A DNA stretch of 62,761 bases from an uncultured Candidatus Saccharibacteria bacterium. GTDB taxonomy: Bacteria; Patescibacteriota; Saccharimonadia; Saccharimonadales; UBA4665. Below, piece after piece: positions 17,838 through 26,501 of the stretch (positions are counted from its first letter, which is position 1; every line of letters starts with the position of its first letter). Under the pieces are notes generated by a model, which worked only from the letters and a program-made list of their open reading frames with translations, did no database searches and was not told where the DNA came from. Location: the NCBI GenBank assembly GCA_964639195.1, contig CAZXCS010000001.1:1-62761 (forward strand). Reading direction: 5' to 3'. The translations under genes and the position numbers were made by a program.

Positions 17838-19979
17838 ATGGGACAGACAATCAACCCGATGGGCAAGGATATTATTACCGTAGAGACGGACTTTTGCGGC
17901 CGTAAGCTAACTTTGGAGGTCGGCCGGGTCGGCTTCCGCAGCAATGGCAGCGTCATTGCCCGCTACGGGGACACCGTCGTACTGGGCACGGCCATGGTCA
18001 GCCCAGTCCGCCTGCAGGGGTTTGATTATTTCCCGCTGAGTATTGATTACGAAGAGCGTTTCTACGCTGCCGGCAAGATTAGCGGTTCACGATTTATCAA
18101 GCGTGAGGGCCGCCCGAGCGACGATGCGATCCTCATCGGCCGGTTGATTGATCGTCCGATACGTCCGCTGTGGCCCAAGGGCTACCGCCACGAAGTGCAG
18201 GGCGTAGCTACTGTCCTGAGTATGGATCCGGAGTTCCGCCCCGACATGGTGGCAATGATTGCCATGAGCGCTGCCTTCCTGCTGACCGGTGCGCCGTTTG
18301 ACGGCCCGGTGGCGGGTTTGCGTATCGGCTTGGATGAAGCCGGCAAGCTGACAGCATTCCTAAGCGCTGAACAGCTGGAAGCGGGAGGATTGGACCTGGT
18401 AGTGGCCGGCACCAAAGACGGCATCATGATGGTCGAAGCCGGCGCCGATGAAGTGCCCGAGGAAAAGATTATCGAAGCCCTGGAATTTGCCCAGACCGCT
18501 ATCCAGCCGGCGATCAAGCTGCAGGAAGAGTTGGCCGCCAAGATCGGTGTTAAAAAGCAGGAATTCGAACTCGATCTGCCTGACGAATCGATCCAGCAAG
18601 CCGTCGACAAGTGGGTCGAAGACAAGCTAGGTGAAGACTTACGCAAGCCGTACCCGGAGCGCAATGAAACCGTCGGCGTGCTGCGTGAGCAGACGCTCAC
18701 CCACTTTGCCGAGGAACGTGGTGAGGAATTTACCGCCAACAAGCAGGATTATGATGACGCCTTCACCCTGGCCATTCACAAAGACGTCAGAAAAGGGATT
18801 ATCGAGCACGGCATCCGCCCCGACGGCCGCCAGTTCACTGAAATCCGGGCACTCAGCAGCGAGGTCGGCGTTCTGCCGCGGACCCACGGCTCCAGCCTGT
18901 TCACCCGCGGCGTTACCCAGGGTCTTAACACCGTTACACTCGCACCGCTGAGCTATGCGCAGATGATTGATACCATGGAGAAGAACACCACCAGGCGCTA
19001 CATGCACCACTACAACGCGCCCGGCTACACCGTTGGTGAAGTCCGCCGGCTCGGCAGCCCGGGGCGCCGCGAAATCGGCCACGGCTATCTGGCGGAACGA
19101 GCCCTTCAAAGCGTGCTTCCAGACGAATCGGCGTTTCCTTACGCTATTCGGAGTGTCACCGAGATTATGTCGCAGAACGGTTCGACCAGCATGGCCGCGA
19201 CATGTTCAAGCTGTTTGGCACTGATGGATGCCGGTGTGCCGCTCAAGGCGCCGGTCAGCGGTATCGCCATGGGCCTGATCATGGACGGCGACAAGCCGAT
19301 CATCCTGTCCGACATTGCCGATGCTGAAGATTTTGCCGGCGACATGGACTTCAAAACCGCCGGGACGGCCAAGGGCGTCACGGCACTGCAAATGGACATG
19401 AAGGTCCACGGCCTGCCGGTAACCATCCTGGCCCAGGCCCTGCAAGAGGGCAAGACCGGCCGGGCATTCATCCTGGAGCATATGCTGACCACCTTGGCCG
19501 AGCCGCGTAAGGATCTCAGCCCGTACGCGCCGCGTGTTGAATCGGTCATGATTAACCCGGACAAAATCCGCGAAATCATCGGTAAGGGCGGTGAAACCAT
19601 CCAGAAAATTACCGGTGAGACCGGTACCGAAATTGACATTAAGGACGACGGCACCGTGATGATCGCCAGCCCTGACAAAGCCAAGATTGACGCCGCCAAA
19701 CAGTGGATCAACGACATCGTAGCCGAACCGGAAGTCGGCAAAATTTACGTCGATAAACCGGTCGTCAGCGTCATGGACTTCGGCGCGTTCGTGCAGATCA
19801 TGCCCGGCAAAGACGGTCTGGTGCACATCAGCGAGCTCAGTGAGGACCGTGTGGCCAAGACCAGCGATGTTGTCAAAGAGGGCGATAAAGTCACCGTCAA
19901 ACTCGTCGCCATCGACGAGCGGGGCCGGCTGCAGCTCAGCATGAAAGCCGCCCAGCGCGAGCTTAACGACAAGAAATAG
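17838..19979 (+). CDS. pnp: polyribonucleotide nucleotidyltransferase (PNPase)
   Basis: Two RNase PH domains are followed by a KH domain (GKGGETIQKITG) and an S1 domain (GKIYVDKPVVSVMDFGAFVQI). Confidence 0.97.
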   Translation: MGQTINPMGKDIITVETDFCGRKLTLEVGRVGFRSNGSVIARYGDTVVLGTAMVSPVRLQGFDYFPLSIDYEERFYAAGKISGSRFIKREGRPSDDAILIGRLIDRPIRPLWPKGYRHEVQGVATVLSMDPEFRPDMVAMIAMSAAFLLTGAPFDGPVAGLRIGLDEAGKLTAFLSAEQLEAGGLDLVVAGTKDGIMMVEAGADEVPEEKIIEALEFAQTAIQPAIKLQEELAAKIGVKKQEFELDLPDESIQQAVDKWVEDKLGEDLRKPYPERNETVGVLREQTLTHFAEERGEEFTANKQDYDDAFTLAIHKDVRKGIIEHGIRPDGRQFTEIRALSSEVGVLPRTHGSSLFTRGVTQGLNTVTLAPLSYAQMIDTMEKNTTRRYMHHYNAPGYTVGEVRRLGSPGRREIGHGYLAERALQSVLPDESAFPYAIRSVTEIMSQNGSTSMAATCSSCLALMDAGVPLKAPVSGIAMGLIMDGDKPIILSDIADAEDFAGDMDFKTAGTAKGVTALQMDMKVHGLPVTILAQALQEGKTGRAFILEHMLTTLAEPRKDLSPYAPRVESVMINPDKIREIIGKGGETIQKITGETGTEIDIKDDGTVMIASPDKAKIDAAKQWINDIVAEPEVGKIYVDKPVVSVMDFGAFVQIMPGKDGLVHISELSEDRVAKTSDVVKEGDKVTVKLVAIDERGRLQLSMKAAQRELNDKK

Positions 19980-19981
19980 CA

Positions 19982-20188
19982 ATGCTTACCAAACTCGATA
20001 AATGGCACCAAACCCGACCAGGCCTCCTGGTCTTTGGTGTCGTTGAGTCGCTGATCGCCTATGGATTCCTCGGGTTGGTAATCGACCGGGGCAACCCGTG
20101 GTGGTATGGCCTGACACTGCTTTTCACCATCGGTGCCGTGCAGAATTTCGTCAAACTAAGCTGGAGCTTGCTGCATGACAAAAAGTAA
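19982..20188 (+). CDS. small hypothetical membrane protein
   Basis: A 68-aa ORF with two hydrophobic helices. It starts 3 nt after the pnp stop and overlaps the UDG start by 14 nt. Confidence 0.4.
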   Translation: MLTKLDKWHQTRPGLLVFGVVESLIAYGFLGLVIDRGNPWWYGLTLLFTIGAVQNFVKLSWSLLHDKK

Positions 20189-20753
20189 GCAACAGCAACT
20201 GGATGACATCCGGCAGAAGATCCTGGATGACGATCCGGTGCCGGAATTGCGCGAAGGCGCCACACAATTGGTGTTCAGCGACGGCAATCCGGAAGCCGAA
20301 CTGGTGTTCATCGGCGAAGCACCGGGCAAAAACGAGGACCAGCAGGGCAAGCCATTCGTCGGCGCTGCCGGCAGGTTCCTCGACCAGATGCTGGAAATGA
20401 TTGGCCTTAAGCGTGCCGATGTCTACATCACCAACATCGTCAAATACCGGCCGCCCAACAACCGCGACCCGCACCCCGACGAGAAGCAGGTCTTCCTGCC
20501 GTACCTGGAGTCCCAACTAGAAGTAATTCAGCCCAAGCTGACGGTGACACTAGGCCGCCACAGCCTGAATTGCTTCTTGCCGGACCTCAGCATCAGCCAA
20601 GTCCATGGCCAGCCCAAGCGCTTACACGGCCGGGTCTACCTGCCGTTATTTCATCCGGCAGCGGCGTTATATAACGGCGCGATGCGCCAGACCCTGATCG
20701 ACGATTTTGCGTTGATCCCGGCGATTATCGAGAAAATTAAATCATCTAAATAA
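20175..20753 (+). CDS. uracil-DNA glycosylase, family 4
   Basis: LVFIGEAPGKNEDQQGKPFVGAAG matches the GEAPG motif, and LFHPAAALY is present. Confidence 0.9.
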   Translation: MTKSKQQQLDDIRQKILDDDPVPELREGATQLVFSDGNPEAELVFIGEAPGKNEDQQGKPFVGAAGRFLDQMLEMIGLKRADVYITNIVKYRPPNNRDPHPDEKQVFLPYLESQLEVIQPKLTVTLGRHSLNCFLPDLSISQVHGQPKRLHGRVYLPLFHPAAALYNGAMRQTLIDDFALIPAIIEKIKSSK

Positions 20754-20772
20754 CTGCAATAGAAAGGATTCT

Positions 20773-22878
20773 ATGCAACCAAACAACAACCCTAAACCAA
20801 GCGGGCCGCCCAGAGATAACAAGGGCGGTAACCGCCGGCCGCAAAATCGCGGCAAAGGCGGCGGCCAACAGGGGCAGAAGCCCCAAACCCCGCCGATCAA
20901 TAGCAGCCTTAGCACCTCGCGCGGCCAGGCCGTGCGTGCCCAGCGCCGCTCCCAGGCCGATGCCCAGCGCATTGCCAACCAGCATTTGAGCGCCGAGCAT
21001 ATGCCGCAGCCGCAACGGGCCAATGTCATCGATGACCGCCCGCGGCTGAAAATCATCGGCCTCGGTGGTATGGACGGCGGCGGTTCCAAGAACATGATCC
21101 TCGTCGAATACATCAACGATGCGGTCATTTTGGACTGCGGCAACGACCTAGGCGTCGACCTGCCGGGCATCAACTACGGCATCGCCGACACGGCGTACCT
21201 GGAGCAGATCCGTACCAAGTTGCGGGCCTACATCATCACCCATGGCCACCTCGACCACATCGGCGGTTTGCCGCACATCGTGCCGAAATTCCCGGCGCCG
21301 ATTTACGGCAGCAAGTTCACTATTGGCCGGGTCGAAGAAATTTTTGAGAACTTCGGTCTGCCGATGCCCGACGGCTTCGAACTGAAGACCGTTACGATGA
21401 ATGAAGACACCCACGAACGGCTGAAAATCGGCGACTTTTTCGTCGAGCTGGTGCGGGTGACACACTCCATTCCCGGCAGCACGGTCATCGTACTTGATAC
21501 ACCGGTCGGACGGATCATTAACACCGGTGATTTCCGGCTTGACCCCAACCCGCTCGACCACGAACGGACTGATACCGGCCGGCTGATGGAACTGGGCAAA
21601 GAAGGCGTCCTGGCGCTGCTCAGCGAATCGACCACCACCGAGCGCCCGGGCCGTACGCCGAGCGAATCGACCATTGAAGAGACATTTAGGGACCTGATGA
21701 ACAACGCGCCGGGCCGGATTTTCGTCGGCTTGTTCAGCACCAACATGAACCGTGTCCAGATGATCATCAACGCCGCCGTCCACCACAACAAGAAAGTGGC
21801 GATGGACGGCCGCAGCATGGTCAGCACGCTGGAGATGGCCGTCCGCCACGGCTTCGTGCGTATACCGAAAGGCACCTTTGTGCCGATAGCCTCGGCGGCC
21901 AACATGAAAGACACCGATTTAGTCGTAGTCTGCACCGGCTCGCAGGGTGAGCCGAGCAGCGCGCTGCAGCGCATGAGTAACGGCGAACACCGCCACGTCA
22001 AACTCAAAGAGCAGGACACCGTCATCCTTTCCAGCACGCCGATCCCATACACCGGCAACGATGGCGCCATTCGTACCATGGTCGACGAACTGCTGAAGAA
22101 AGGCGTCCACGTCTTTCGCCACGAGAGCCGCGAAGTCGACGGCATCGGGCCGCTACATGTCTCCGGGCATGCCTCGCGCGAGGAGTACGCCGAAATGATC
22201 GACATGCTCAAACCGAAGTTTTTCATCCCGATTTACGGGGACTTTACGGCCAAGAAATACCATATCGATCTAGCGATCGAGCAAGGCATCCCGCGTGCTA
22301 GCACTCTGAATGTCGACAACGGCGCGGTCATTGCCCTGACGCCGGACAAAATGGAACTGGACGGCGAAGTGCCTCACGGTACCATCCTGGTCGACCAAAC
22401 CGGCGCAATCGTCACCAATGTGGTCGTCAAAGACCGGGTACTGCTCAGCGAAGAAGGCTTAGTAGCCGTCATGCTGACCATCGACAAGAAAGCCGGCACG
22501 CTGATGACCAGTCCGGACATCATCAGCCGCGGCTTCATATATATGCGTGACAACGAGGAGATCATGAATGGCCTGCGCCAGGAGCTGAAACGGGCGGTGC
22601 AGCAGCGCTTCAAGCGGGTCGACCTGGACCGCTTCAAGCTGGAGCTCAAAGAGCACATCACCCACTACCTGTTCGAGCACACCCAGCGCAGCCCGATCGT
22701 CATTCCGGTCGTCAACATACTCTCGGGGCAGGGCGGCAAACAACAGCCGGCCGAGCAGGCCAAGCCAGGGCAACCCGCCGAGGCCGTCAAAACACCGGAG
22801 CAGCTGGCGTCTGATCAGCAGAAACGCTTCCAGGAGATGCGCGCCCGCCTGCTGACCCAGGACCCGCGCGTCGACTAA
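20773..22878 (+). CDS. rnj: ribonuclease J with basic low-complexity N- and C-terminal extensions
   Basis: The metallo-beta-lactamase motif ITHGHLDHIGG and a beta-CASP region are present. The N-terminal roughly 90 aa are G/R/Q/P-rich. Confidence 0.93.
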   Translation: MQPNNNPKPSGPPRDNKGGNRRPQNRGKGGGQQGQKPQTPPINSSLSTSRGQAVRAQRRSQADAQRIANQHLSAEHMPQPQRANVIDDRPRLKIIGLGGMDGGGSKNMILVEYINDAVILDCGNDLGVDLPGINYGIADTAYLEQIRTKLRAYIITHGHLDHIGGLPHIVPKFPAPIYGSKFTIGRVEEIFENFGLPMPDGFELKTVTMNEDTHERLKIGDFFVELVRVTHSIPGSTVIVLDTPVGRIINTGDFRLDPNPLDHERTDTGRLMELGKEGVLALLSESTTTERPGRTPSESTIEETFRDLMNNAPGRIFVGLFSTNMNRVQMIINAAVHHNKKVAMDGRSMVSTLEMAVRHGFVRIPKGTFVPIASAANMKDTDLVVVCTGSQGEPSSALQRMSNGEHRHVKLKEQDTVILSSTPIPYTGNDGAIRTMVDELLKKGVHVFRHESREVDGIGPLHVSGHASREEYAEMIDMLKPKFFIPIYGDFTAKKYHIDLAIEQGIPRASTLNVDNGAVIALTPDKMELDGEVPHGTILVDQTGAIVTNVVVKDRVLLSEEGLVAVMLTIDKKAGTLMTSPDIISRGFIYMRDNEEIMNGLRQELKRAVQQRFKRVDLDRFKLELKEHITHYLFEHTQRSPIVIPVVNILSGQGGKQQPAEQAKPGQPAEAVKTPEQLASDQQKRFQEMRARLLTQDPRVD

Positions 22879-22890
22879 CAGGCCGAGATA

Positions 22891-22919
22891 TTGACAAACA
22901 TCTATTAAATTGGTATAGT
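22891..22919 (+). promoter_or_regulatory. sigma-70-type promoter, TTGACA-17 nt-TATAGT with TGn
   Basis: TTGACA lies at 22891-22896 and TATAGT at 22914-22919, preceded by TGG. The ATG at 22930 is 10 nt downstream. Confidence 0.65.
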
Positions 22920-22929
22920 CTAAGCGTAA

Positions 22930-23232
22930 ATGTACGCCGAAACATCAGGTTTAGCGCCTAAAATACCAACACCACGAACACCAGAAGCTCCACCGGAAGC
23001 AGAAGCTCCGGCAGAACATCCGGTTAAGCAAGAGATACGCATAGCCAGTCTCAATGGCCTCTTGGAAGCCCGCCAGTCGATCCTGGCTAGGCCCGATGGC
23101 GGCAAAGATTCATCTGTTCTGCCGGGAATCGAGCGGGCGATTGACAGGGTGTCGCATGACTTGGGTGTCTATACCTTGCAGCACACGGCCACCCTAGTCG
23201 AGCAGCCGGCACCTGAAGTCGCCATCAAATAG
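22930..23232 (+). CDS. hypothetical protein (orphan)
   Basis: A 100-aa ORF with a Pro/Glu/Ala-rich N-terminus. It follows a consensus promoter at 22891-22919. Confidence 0.45.
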   Translation: MYAETSGLAPKIPTPRTPEAPPEAEAPAEHPVKQEIRIASLNGLLEARQSILARPDGGKDSSVLPGIERAIDRVSHDLGVYTLQHTATLVEQPAPEVAIK

Positions 23233-23234
23233 TA

Positions 23235-23279
23235 GTTGTAACATCTTGACAAATGTTGTAATACTTGCTATAGTTGTAA
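23235..23279 (+). repeat. three direct copies of GTTGTAA interleaved with the promoter of the 23281 gene
   Basis: The copies (AGTTGTAAC, TGTTGTAAT, AGTTGTAAT) start at 23235, 23255 and 23273. They flank the -35 and overlap the region from the -10 to the start. Confidence 0.7.
23246..23274 (+). promoter_or_regulatory. sigma-70-type promoter, TTGACA-17 nt-TATAGT with TGn
   Basis: TTGACA lies at 23246-23251 and TATAGT at 23269-23274, preceded by TGC. The ATG at 23281 is 6 nt downstream. Confidence 0.65.
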
Positions 23280-23280
23280 T

Positions 23281-23892
23281 ATGCTAAATAGCCATAATCG
23301 TCACCCGTTACATGGCGAGGCTCTCCCCCGAAACACATATGCCCGAATCTCCAAAAGTGTCCAGGGTCTTGCTGAGCGCGACCCGGTTGAGTTTAAACTC
23401 AGCGAATGTTTTTTGTGGGTTGAGCCTGAACTCGCCGATACTGTTCCGGATCAGGTAGTAGGTATCCGTACGCCGCTTGGCTCTCACAGTCTTGAAGAAG
23501 GCAGGATCGATGCCGTGTGGTTCAACGAAGCGGGGCGTGCATTGGCGGACACAGCTTTGGGTGATGAGTCGGTAGCCGGCCAACTCCTGGGACAATTATC
23601 ATTTGCAAAAGAAAAGGGCGGCGCACACTTCAGTGGTGATTTCTTCCTGTTTTCCAATAACGAAGTCGATGTGCGCGTTTTTAGCCGAGGTCCCGAACCG
23701 GACTCCGACCTGTCTCATGAATTTTTCGCCTTTGCCGAGAGGGTCGGTGCGACTAATCTTTGGCAGGACGCTGTCGAAACGAACCCGTTGGAAGAGCAGC
23801 GTTACGAAGGTGAACTGGATCCGCGCGCCGGTATGCGGTTGGCCTACTCGCTACAGCTTCTGCTGCAAACACCGGCAGACAGGCCGTCGTAA
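23281..23892 (+). CDS. hypothetical protein (orphan)
   Basis: A 203-aa ORF with no recognisable motif. It follows a consensus promoter at 23246-23274, and its ATG lies 6 nt after the -10. Confidence 0.5.
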   Translation: MLNSHNRHPLHGEALPRNTYARISKSVQGLAERDPVEFKLSECFLWVEPELADTVPDQVVGIRTPLGSHSLEEGRIDAVWFNEAGRALADTALGDESVAGQLLGQLSFAKEKGGAHFSGDFFLFSNNEVDVRVFSRGPEPDSDLSHEFFAFAERVGATNLWQDAVETNPLEEQRYEGELDPRAGMRLAYSLQLLLQTPADRPS

Positions 23893-23924
23893 TTAAGTTA
23901 TAATTAGCGAATACAGGCATACTT

Positions 23925-26120
23925 ATGGCAGCAAAAAAGAAAAAATCAACTAAGAAGAAGAAACCGGTAGCTGTTGCCACCGAGCCATCCCCGTTTTGGG
24001 GGCTAGCCGGGGCAGTGTTGCTGATGGTCTTGGCCGTGTTCCTGCTGATCGGCGGCTTCGGCACCGGCGGTCCGTTGCCGGTCAACCTGTTCCACGGCGC
24101 CTATTGGACGCTGGGCTGGGCAGCTTATCTGACACCGGTGGCGCTGATGTACTGGGGCATTTATAAATTCAACGACGAGGACCGACGCATCCCGCTGGCC
24201 AAGCTCAGCGGTATGGTGGCCTTGCTGCTGTCCGCCAGCGCCTCGACTGACACGCTATTTGCCAATAAGGTCAATGGCACTTGGCAGGCCGGCTACGGCG
24301 GCACTGTCGGCCACGGCATTGGTTCGGTAGTATTAAGCGTCCTGGATAAAATTCCGGCCGACCTGATGCTGTTCGTTTTCACGCTGTTATCGCTGTTCTT
24401 TGCCTTTGGTATTTCACCGAAAGTCCTAGCCAAGCTCGGCAATTTGTTCAAACGTTCCGAAGCCGACGAGTCGGAGCTGGCGGCGCTCAAAGCCCGGGCC
24501 GGCGAGCACAGCTTCCAGCTGAATGAAGGCGTCCCGGTCATGCATCACAGTCCGGGTGAGCAGCCGGCACGTTTGAGCACGCTCAAAAACACCGCGCAGA
24601 AGCTGACCTCCGGCGAGAGCCATGACGCCCTGACCACTGCCAGCGATCCGGACTGGCAATTCCCCAGCATCGACCTGCTCAACCAGAAACAGGACAAGGC
24701 CGATGCCGGCGACGTCAACGCCAATGCCCAGATCATCCACGACACGTTCGAGAACTTCAACATTGAGGTTGAAATGGAAGGTGCCAACATCGGGCCGCGC
24801 GTCACGCAGTACACACTGAAGCCGCCGACAGGGGTGAAACTAACTAAAATCACCGCCCTGGAGAATAACTTGTCGCTCGACCTGGCTGCCACCAGCATCC
24901 GTATGGAAGCGCCAATCCCCGGCAAGCGCGCTGTCGGCATCGAAGTGCCGAACCTCAAAGCCGCCACCGTTCGGACCAGCTCACTTCTCCTGAGCCCGCA
25001 GTGGCAGGAGATGGCCAGTCCGCTTGGCATCGCCATCGGCAAGGATATCTCCGGTACGGCCATCGTTACCGACCTGGACAAAATGCCGCACTTGCTGGTA
25101 GCCGGCCAGACTGGCTCCGGTAAGTCAGTCATGATTAATACCATTCTAACCAGCTTGCTGTACCGCAATTCGCCGGCCGACCTGAAGCTGATCCTAGTTG
25201 ACCCAAAGCGCGTCGAGCTCAAGCCGTACGATGACATCCCTCATTTATTGACACCGGTTATTACCGAGCCGGAGAAGTGCATCAGCGCGCTGAAGTGGGC
25301 GGTGGCTGAGATGGAGCGTCGCTACCACGCTCTCAGTGAAGTCAACAAGCGCAACATCGGCGAATACAATAGTCTGAAAAAAGAAGAAGGCATGCCCTAC
25401 ATCGTCATTGTTATCGATGAGCTGGCCGACTTGATGATGATGGCCGCCCGCGATGTCGAAGCCCTGATCGTACGAATTGCCCAGAAGGCCCGCGCCGTAG
25501 GCATTCACCTGGTGTTGGCCACGCAGCGGCCAAGTGTTGACGTTATCACCGGCCTCATCAAAGCCAATGTGCCGGCCCGTATCGCCTTTACCACGGCCTC
25601 ACAGGTCGACTCTCGGACGATCATTGATCAGGTTGGTGCCGAGAAGCTGCTCGGTGAAGGCGACATGCTGTTTAGCACCGCCGACATGCCCAAGCCGAAG
25701 CGTATCCAAGGTGCCCTGATAGGCGAGGACGAGACCAACAAGGTGACTGACTTTATCCGGATGCAGCGCCCACCCCAGTATGATGATGAAGTCGTGTCGC
25801 AGCCGGTGCAGCTCAACGGCAAGGGCGGCATTGTCGCCGATTTTGGTGGGGATGCCGCTGATGATGACATGTTCCGTGACGCAGTGCACGTAGTTATTGA
25901 AAACCGCAAAGCCAGCACCAGCCTGTTGCAGCGCCGGCTGCGCATTGGCTACGGACGGGCTGCCCGGCTGATCGAGCAGATGGAAGAGCAGGGTATCATC
26001 GGCCAGGCCGACGGCTCCCGGCCGCGCGAAGTCCTGGTGCACTCAGCCGACGAAGTGTTCGGCGGGGCAGCTCTAGGCACGTCAGACGAAGTCCTCGATG
26101 AAAACTTCGCCGAAGAGTAG
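23925..26120 (+). CDS. ftsK: DNA translocase FtsK/SpoIIIE
   Basis: N-terminal TM segments are followed by Walker A GQTGSGKS and Walker B VIVIDELADLMM. The C-terminal gamma winged helix reads LLQRRLRIGYGRAARLIEQME. Confidence 0.95.
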   Translation: MAAKKKKSTKKKKPVAVATEPSPFWGLAGAVLLMVLAVFLLIGGFGTGGPLPVNLFHGAYWTLGWAAYLTPVALMYWGIYKFNDEDRRIPLAKLSGMVALLLSASASTDTLFANKVNGTWQAGYGGTVGHGIGSVVLSVLDKIPADLMLFVFTLLSLFFAFGISPKVLAKLGNLFKRSEADESELAALKARAGEHSFQLNEGVPVMHHSPGEQPARLSTLKNTAQKLTSGESHDALTTASDPDWQFPSIDLLNQKQDKADAGDVNANAQIIHDTFENFNIEVEMEGANIGPRVTQYTLKPPTGVKLTKITALENNLSLDLAATSIRMEAPIPGKRAVGIEVPNLKAATVRTSSLLLSPQWQEMASPLGIAIGKDISGTAIVTDLDKMPHLLVAGQTGSGKSVMINTILTSLLYRNSPADLKLILVDPKRVELKPYDDIPHLLTPVITEPEKCISALKWAVAEMERRYHALSEVNKRNIGEYNSLKKEEGMPYIVIVIDELADLMMMAARDVEALIVRIAQKARAVGIHLVLATQRPSVDVITGLIKANVPARIAFTTASQVDSRTIIDQVGAEKLLGEGDMLFSTADMPKPKRIQGALIGEDETNKVTDFIRMQRPPQYDDEVVSQPVQLNGKGGIVADFGGDAADDDMFRDAVHVVIENRKASTSLLQRRLRIGYGRAARLIEQMEEQGIIGQADGSRPREVLVHSADEVFGGAALGTSDEVLDENFAEE

Positions 26121-26127
26121 GTAAACT

Positions 26128-26475
26128 ATGCAAACCACCTCGCGGAAGCTCCCTACCAAGCGACAGAAGCTTTTCATGTTGAAGCGGCGGAACGGGCGTA
26201 ATGATGCCTGGTATGACCTATGGAGTCTGCTCCATTTTATTACCGGTGTGCTGTTCGGCTGGATCATGCCGCCCTTCGTCGCACTGGTGATCATGATCCT
26301 GTGGGAGCCCTTGGAAATCATGGTCCTGTCACCGATACTGGCTCACTATGATATCAATTTCGGCTACGAAACATTCCGCAATTCATTATCTGACATTATG
26401 GTTGATGTCGCCGGAGTGGCCACCGGCTATTATGTTCTGCAATTCCTGGTAACACCACCACTGCATTTGTTTTAG
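26128..26475 (+). CDS. hypothetical membrane protein
   Basis: A 115-aa ORF with 3 hydrophobic helices, starting 8 nt after the ftsK stop. Confidence 0.5.
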   Translation: MQTTSRKLPTKRQKLFMLKRRNGRNDAWYDLWSLLHFITGVLFGWIMPPFVALVIMILWEPLEIMVLSPILAHYDINFGYETFRNSLSDIMVDVAGVATGYYVLQFLVTPPLHLF

Positions 26476-26501
26476 ACCTAGGCGTGATAAGCTTGAATTA
26501 A

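Noticed and set aside
19206-19982. Long antisense ORFs inside well-conserved genes. Examples are 19206-19982 and 19139-19741 (minus) within pnp, 21303-22226 within rnj, 24545-25237 within ftsK, 45963-46971 within pilB, and 5408-6037 within polA.
   Set aside because: These are shadow ORFs typical of GC-rich coding DNA. The opposite strand carries unambiguous conserved-domain proteins, and the antisense translations are low-complexity (R/A/S/P-rich) with no motifs.
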